NCBI GenBank assembly: GCA_030627705.1
Contig: DAOVTE010000001.1
Location: forward strand, 1-41,842
Reading direction: 5' to 3'
DNA: 41,842 nt
From: Bacteroidales bacterium
GTDB lineage: Bacteria; Bacteroidota; Bacteroidia; Bacteroidales; JAFGXI01
The position numbers were made by a program, and so were the translations under genes. Below are positions 36,958 through 41,842 of the stretch, piece by piece (positions within the stretch are counted from its first letter, which is position 1; each line of letters begins with the position of its first letter). The notes under the pieces are model-generated. The model did not search any database and had not been told where the DNA came from. It saw only the letters and a program-made list of their open reading frames with translations.

Positions 36958-39573
36958 ATGTCCTATGTGGTAATTAAAAATAATAAAGATAGACACATGA
37001 AGAGAAGTAAATACAATTTTCGAAAAACCATATTTATTTTAATGTTGCTTTTGGTTGGAATAAATTACGCTGCCATGTCTCAACAAGCAAATAAGTACCC
37101 TTACTCTACCGACACTTCAAATTTAACTATTTGGAATGGAAGTAAATACGTTCCATTCTTTATTAAAGGTGTAAATCTTGGCATTTCTATTCCCGGAACA
37201 TTCCCGGGTGAATTGGCTGCTGAAAGAAATCATTACTCTATTTGGTTCGCACAAATTAAAGAAGCAGGCTTCAACTGTATCCGATTATATACTTTGCATT
37301 ACCCTAGATTTTTTGAAGTTTTAGATTCCTTTAATATAGCTAATCCAAAGAACCCCTTGTTGTTTCTGCAAGGAGTTTGGCTCGAAGAGGAAATGACAGG
37401 CTATAACAATGATTTGTATTTTTTATCAAATGCTTTTAGACAAGAAATAGAAGAAAATATTGATTGTGTTCACGGAAACAAGTATATCTCTCCTAGAGTA
37501 GGAAAAGCTCATGGATCTTACACGATAGACGTTTCAAAATGGTGTCTTGGCTATATAATGGGCAGAGAGGTACATCCACCTGAAGTACAAACAACGAATA
37601 CAGCTAATTCTGGAATAACCAGTTATTATGGTAATCATTTTTCAATAATTAATGCTTCTGCATCTGAAGCTTGGATTACAAGTATGATTGACCATAATGT
37701 TCATTATGAAGAAACTAATTATGATACACAACGACCGGTAAGCTTTTCAAGTTGGCCTACTTTAGACCCATTGATTCATCCAGAAGAGGGAGGGTATGAA
37801 GATTCGGAAAATATTGACCTTTCAAATATCCAAATTATTGATGCTCCTGCAAGTATGTTTATCAGTTACCATGCTTATCCATATTACCCTGATTTTATTA
37901 GCCTTCAAACTTCCTATCAATTATATTCCGATAATTATGGTCCAAATAGTTATCTGGGTTACTTAACAGAATTAAAATCTCACTATTCGAATTTTCCACT
38001 TATTATTGCAGAATATGGTGTCCCTTCGAGTTGGGTAACGGCACATTATGCAACATCAGGAATGAATCACGGTGGTTTTGATGAATATAGTCAAGGATTA
38101 GCAAATATTAGAATCTTAAATACAATAAGAAACACAAATTGTGGTGGTGGAATTCAATTTGCATGGATTGATGAATGGTTTAAAAGAACTTGGATTACTG
38201 ATCCTGTTGATTATATTCCGGAAGACAGAGTTCTATGGCACAATGTCTCAAGTGCTGAGCAAAATTTCGGACTTATTTCATACGAGAAAACTATAAGTAA
38301 AGATACAATTATACAATTTAATACAAATACGGACATTAGTTATGCAATTGCAGAAAACAATTTTTCATTTTTTGAATTAGAAATCGGGATAAAAGATCCT
38401 CTTAACATTCTTGATGAGATGTGGATTACTTTTGATACATATGATGAAAATTTAGGAGAATCAATCCTTCCTTCCGGTGAAACGATACCAACACGTTCTG
38501 AATTTGCACTACACTTAACAAACTATTCTGCTGAATTATTTGTAACGCAAGCTTATGATATTTATGGTATTTGGCATAATGTTTCTACCATAAATCAGCT
38601 ATATCATTCTGTTCCAACCAATGGTGCACCATGGAAATTAGTACGAATACGCAATAATTATTCGAATTCAGATATTCAGTATATTGGGAACTTACAGCTA
38701 AATTATGATTTTCAACCGGGATCATCAAAAGATGGTGTAGTTATCTATGAAGATAGAATCAAAATAAAAGTACCTTGGTCATATCTGAATGTAGTAGCAC
38801 CTAACCAAATGAAAGTTTTGCATGACTACAGGAGTACACCTGAAACCGAAGATACTATTTCTGACGGTTTTGCCATTTCAGTTAACTATAAAAATCAATG
38901 GTATTCCTCAAATAACAGATTTCAATGGAATGATTGGAATCAAATAACTGATACCTCGGTAGTAGAACAACTAAAAACATCATATTATGTAATAAAAGAC
39001 AACTTGCAAAATTTTAATACAGCAGCAGTAGCATACAGAGATAGTTTTTACTTTTCTGGTCCTACTTTTCCTGTATCTGTTAACGCAGCTGAGGGTCTAT
39101 TAAACAATGATTTTGATATTGACGGTAATTTAATGATTAGCCTTATTACAATGAATCCTAAAAATGGTCAAATATATTTGAACAATGATGGTTCGTTTAT
39201 ATACATCCCAGCACCAGGCTTTATAGGCAACGACTCTCTGATGTATTGCGTTTATGATGGATATACATTATCAGAATCGAATATTGTGAAGATTTATGTT
39301 GAACAGAATGAAACATCTATAGAAAAAGTTTTCTCATCGGATATTGCCAAAATAGAAATTTTTCCTAATCCATGTATTGATTTTATTAATATCAAATCAC
39401 AATTTGTTTTTGATTCATTTCAAATTTTTGACATAACAGGAAAATTGATACATAACGCACAGGTTAACAAAAGCAGTTTCTTATTTGATATTTCCAGTTA
39501 TAATTCGGGAACATATATTATTGTAGCAAGGGTAAATAATTCAATAATTTCTAAGAAATTCGTAAAGCGCTGA
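36958..39573 (+). CDS. Secreted clan GH-A-like glycoside hydrolase with cadherin/Ig-like domain and T9SS type A sorting domain
   Basis: 871 aa. The likely start is the ATG at 36997 (MKRSKYNFRKTIFILMLLLVG). The TIM-barrel-like N-terminus carries FIKGVNLG, GFNCIRLY and IIAEYGVPSS. A LLNNDFDIDGN...NDGSFIYIPAPGFIGNDS domain follows. The C-terminus is IEIFPNPCIDFINIK...GTYIIVA...KFVKR. Confidence 0.7.
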   Translation: MSYVVIKNNKDRHMKRSKYNFRKTIFILMLLLVGINYAAMSQQANKYPYSTDTSNLTIWNGSKYVPFFIKGVNLGISIPGTFPGELAAERNHYSIWFAQIKEAGFNCIRLYTLHYPRFFEVLDSFNIANPKNPLLFLQGVWLEEEMTGYNNDLYFLSNAFRQEIEENIDCVHGNKYISPRVGKAHGSYTIDVSKWCLGYIMGREVHPPEVQTTNTANSGITSYYGNHFSIINASASEAWITSMIDHNVHYEETNYDTQRPVSFSSWPTLDPLIHPEEGGYEDSENIDLSNIQIIDAPASMFISYHAYPYYPDFISLQTSYQLYSDNYGPNSYLGYLTELKSHYSNFPLIIAEYGVPSSWVTAHYATSGMNHGGFDEYSQGLANIRILNTIRNTNCGGGIQFAWIDEWFKRTWITDPVDYIPEDRVLWHNVSSAEQNFGLISYEKTISKDTIIQFNTNTDISYAIAENNFSFFELEIGIKDPLNILDEMWITFDTYDENLGESILPSGETIPTRSEFALHLTNYSAELFVTQAYDIYGIWHNVSTINQLYHSVPTNGAPWKLVRIRNNYSNSDIQYIGNLQLNYDFQPGSSKDGVVIYEDRIKIKVPWSYLNVVAPNQMKVLHDYRSTPETEDTISDGFAISVNYKNQWYSSNNRFQWNDWNQITDTSVVEQLKTSYYVIKDNLQNFNTAAVAYRDSFYFSGPTFPVSVNAAEGLLNNDFDIDGNLMISLITMNPKNGQIYLNNDGSFIYIPAPGFIGNDSLMYCVYDGYTLSESNIVKIYVEQNETSIEKVFSSDIAKIEIFPNPCIDFINIKSQFVFDSFQIFDITGKLIHNAQVNKSSFLFDISSYNSGTYIIVARVNNSIISKKFVKR

Positions 39574-39658
39574 TGATGTGTAAAAAATGAATTACCTCGA
39601 TTCAAGGGAACGAGGTGTCAAATAGGAATTATTTTTTTATTCGGCACAATCGTCGGGT

Positions 39659-39687
39659 AATTAAACCCATTTGGCTATCGCCCTGCG
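39659..39687 (+). repeat. Left 29-bp inverted repeat arm
   Basis: Perfect reverse complement of 39870-39898. The arms are GC-richer than the flanking DNA. Confidence 0.95.
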
Positions 39688-39869
39688 ATTAAATTGAACC
39701 TTTATTTGTTCAAAAATAAAATTTTAATTTGAAGAAAAAGACTAACAATAAAGCAGAATTAAAGAAATATTACGACTTAGTGTTTGTAAGAAAACGCGTC
39801 TTTCACAATATTAATAAGCAACAAAATGTGTAATAGCACAAAAACTATTGTATCATGTAAATTTTTAAA

Positions 39870-39898
39870 CGCAGGGCGATAGCCAAATGGGTTTAATT
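39870..39898 (-). repeat. Right 29-bp inverted repeat arm
   Basis: Perfect reverse complement of 39659-39687. Confidence 0.95.
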
Positions 39899-39928
39899 GT
39901 ATATCTTGATTAAATATGAATAACTAAC

Positions 39929-41842
39929 TTAATGTTTACTAGCCAAAACGCAAGTTCGTTTATAGCGTTTTATATTTCCTTCTAGGTCGAAAATCTCGAA
40001 ATAGATTAAGTAGATTCCTACAATAGCTTTTTGTTTATTATCTGCTATTCCGTCCCAAGAAAAAGTTCCTGTTATACCTAAAAGTTCGTTATTTGCAATG
40101 CGTTTTATTGTTCTACCCTTTGCATCGAAAATAATAATACTTGCTGTATAACCAGGCTTTTCAAATTTGTAGTTTATGTTTACAATATCTTCGTAGCCAT
40201 CGTTATCTGGCGAGAAAGTTTCTGGTTCTACAGTAATTCCGTTACCGGAGAAATTTTCTTCGTTATATTGCGAATTTTTACAAGCTGGCGTTGCAAAACC
40301 CACACCTTCGGCTGCCGAGTGCCAATTCGTTTTATCGTTCGTATTTCGAGTAAAACTTAATCGCTCAAGCGAAACTCCATCGTAAGAATTTAATAGCGAA
40401 AAATGCATATCTTCGTTATATTCAAACTCATCAATTTTTGTAAGTTTATAATCTGTTAAAACTACAATTCCCTCATCGTTAGAAAATGTAGGTAAGCTTT
40501 CCATATCTACGAATCCACGTGTATTTTTTGTATGATATTGCTGCTTTACAATTTCTTGATTTGTACTTAACACAAGGTATTTTTGAGGCATTAGCAAAAA
40601 ACCATCTTCCGAGATATTCTTTACGCTTGTAATTGTTCCCGAATCAGTATCAATAGTTGCTAATTTTAAGTCTTTTAAATCGAAAGTTTTGCTGGAATTA
40701 TTATAAATTTCAACAAAATCTACTCCATCGCCAAGAGGATCGAATAGTACCTCGTTTATTAAAATTTCATTTGGTAAAATTGTATCTGGTAAAGCAAATT
40801 CTACAGTATAAGAAATATCTAAATAATTACCTGCACAATCTGTAATGCTATCTATCAAAGTAATTGTGTAAATAATATTCTTAGAGAAAGAACTAGCGAA
40901 GTTTAATTTTATTGATTTAAAATCTGGTTCTACAGCATCAGCAAAAACTGGTGAACCAATTCCATTATCGACAGAATATGTGCTTAGATTGTAGATGGTT
41001 GAGGAATATAGAGCCTCGGTAAAATAAATTCGCAGACTAAAAGAATCGATAATTGCAGCGCGTGTTAAACTTGGACTTTCTACGTCTAAATTGCTTTCGT
41101 AAACTGAATTTATCTTGCCTGGAGTTCCGCCATCATCAGCATCGGATGCAATCCAATTTTCGCTTTCGCCACAAGGGTTTTCGTAATCTATTTGTTCTAA
41201 CGACCAACCTCCTTCTTGTTTATAATCGCTTTGATACCAATTATCTGAATAAGAAACCGTAGAAATAATATTTCCTAAATTATTAATAATTGAAATTATT
41301 GAACCCGAATTTACTAAAGTAGGGAAACTACTAAACGAAATTACATTTGCACTAAAATCTGCAGTAAATGTTTGTGCAATTTCTTCGCTACAAAGTACAG
41401 CATAAGAATTTGCTTGCAACTTATAATCAGGAATTCTGTAATCTGAAGTATTTACTAATAAAGTCCAGTTTTTAATATCTATATCGAAACCAGATTTATT
41501 GTAAATTTCTAGATATTCGTATTCTGGTAAACCAATTGCAGGATTTGGATCTGCCATAATCTCGGTAATTTGCACATCGTAAGTTTTTGCTCTGTAAAAG
41601 ACAAAATCTTTGTCTGTAGATGCTAAAATATTTCCACAATAATCGGCAATATTAGAAATTGACAAACTGTAAGTTTGAGTCTCATTAAAATTACTAGAGA
41701 ATGTAAGTGTAGAAATGCTATCATTAATATTACAACTAATATAAATAGGTGTACCAATACCGTTATCAATTACATAATTTGCAATGTTTTTTGCTGATGC
41801 AGTATCAACAAACTCGTTAAAATAAACCGATAATGTATTTTC
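39929..41842 (-). CDS. Large surface protein with lamin-tail (LTD) domains and a T9SS type B-like C-terminal domain (5' end outside the window)
   Basis: My hand translation shows the frame stays open upstream of the listed TTG (41665) to the window edge. There are two LTD-like segments (ITEIMADPNP...LEIYNKSG and LINEVLFDPLGDGVDFVEIYNNS). The C-terminus is FSPDNDGYEDIV...WDG...GIYLIYFEI. Confidence 0.7.
   Translation of the reverse strand, partial: ENTLSVYFNEFVDTASAKNIANYVIDNGIGTPIYISCNINDSISTLTFSSNFNETQTYSLSISNIADYCGNILASTDKDFVFYRAKTYDVQITEIMADPNPAIGLPEYEYLEIYNKSGFDIDIKNWTLLVNTSDYRIPDYKLQANSYAVLCSEEIAQTFTADFSANVISFSSFPTLVNSGSIISIINNLGNIISTVSYSDNWYQSDYKQEGGWSLEQIDYENPCGESENWIASDADDGGTPGKINSVYESNLDVESPSLTRAAIIDSFSLRIYFTEALYSSTIYNLSTYSVDNGIGSPVFADAVEPDFKSIKLNFASSFSKNIIYTITLIDSITDCAGNYLDISYTVEFALPDTILPNEILINEVLFDPLGDGVDFVEIYNNSSKTFDLKDLKLATIDTDSGTITSVKNISEDGFLLMPQKYLVLSTNQEIVKQQYHTKNTRGFVDMESLPTFSNDEGIVVLTDYKLTKIDEFEYNEDMHFSLLNSYDGVSLERLSFTRNTNDKTNWHSAAEGVGFATPACKNSQYNEENFSGNGITVEPETFSPDNDGYEDIVNINYKFEKPGYTASIIIFDAKGRTIKRIANNELLGITGTFSWDGIADNKQKAIVGIYLIYFEIFDLEGNIKRYKRTCVLASKH

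Larger units (their letters stand above)
39659..39898. mobile_element. MITE-like element: ~182-bp core bounded by perfect 29-bp terminal inverted repeats
   Basis: aattaaacccatttggctatcgccctgcg at 39659-39687 is the exact reverse complement of 39870-39898. It lies between two convergent gene ends and contains no long ORF. Confidence 0.5.

Noticed and set aside
36958-36996. Upstream ATG at 36958 as the start of the 871-aa gene, and likewise GTG 25960 and ATG 18656 for their genes
   Set aside because: The downstream in-frame ATGs (36997, 25999, 18683) give canonical signal-peptide or family-typical N-termini. The extended coordinates are kept in the feature table only to match the ORF track.
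39594-39616. acctcg...cgaggt hairpin after the hydrolase-like gene, considered as a terminator
   Set aside because: It has only a 6-bp stem with an 11-nt loop, and the T-run lies about 15 nt away. That is too weak to call.
39731-39838. About 35-codon TTG-initiated ORF inside the IR-bounded element (LKKKTNNKAELKKYYDLVFVRKRVFHNINKQQNV)
   Set aside because: It is very short, has a non-ATG start and no ribosome-binding context, and its lysine-rich composition is expected from AT-rich DNA.
39688-39869. Reading the IR-bounded core as an invertible promoter (inverton)
   Set aside because: Both flanking genes end here rather than start, so they are convergent. I found no exact TAnnTTTG motif on either strand of the core. 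The idea is kept only as a lower-probability alternative in the finding.

Overview
AT-rich chromosomal segment that looks like Bacteroidota, probably Flavobacteriia-like. This is inferred from T9SS C-terminal sorting domains, a PorZ-like protein, an ExbB-x-ExbD-ExbD cluster, a long-form IspG and TAnnTTTG promoter-like motifs. All family calls come from motifs read by eye; no searches were run. Most of the window is housekeeping: frr, dprA, tatD, ansA, tRNA-Ser(GGA), exbB/exbD, an MBOAT pair, recO, an acyl-CoA dehydrogenase, ispG, uvrB, pabB and a YfcC-type carrier. Four things stand out. (1) A tightly coupled two-gene module at 29993-31884 (-) encodes an ABC/SMC-type ATPase followed by a small Toprim-like protein. 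This is a split-OLD / PARIS- / AbiL-like architecture. It has its own promoter-like motif, sits between unrelated housekeeping genes, and is my best candidate for an uncharacterised defence system. (2) A four-gene envelope-signalling operon at 20591-25633 (-) encodes an OmpA/TolB-like protein, a YfiR (DUF4154)-like protein, a hybrid histidine kinase and an Hpt protein, with no cognate output regulator. (3) A ~159-bp copy of the promoter and first 38 codons of the methylase gene at 1855-2559 reappears at 25766-25924 as a truncated gene fragment. (4) There are two mobile-element relics. One is a degraded rve-type transposase C-terminus at ~36650-36890. The other is a ~240-bp element at 39659-39898 bounded by perfect 29-bp inverted repeats. 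Together they bracket a T9SS-secreted glycoside-hydrolase-like gene. No CRISPR array or rRNA was seen.
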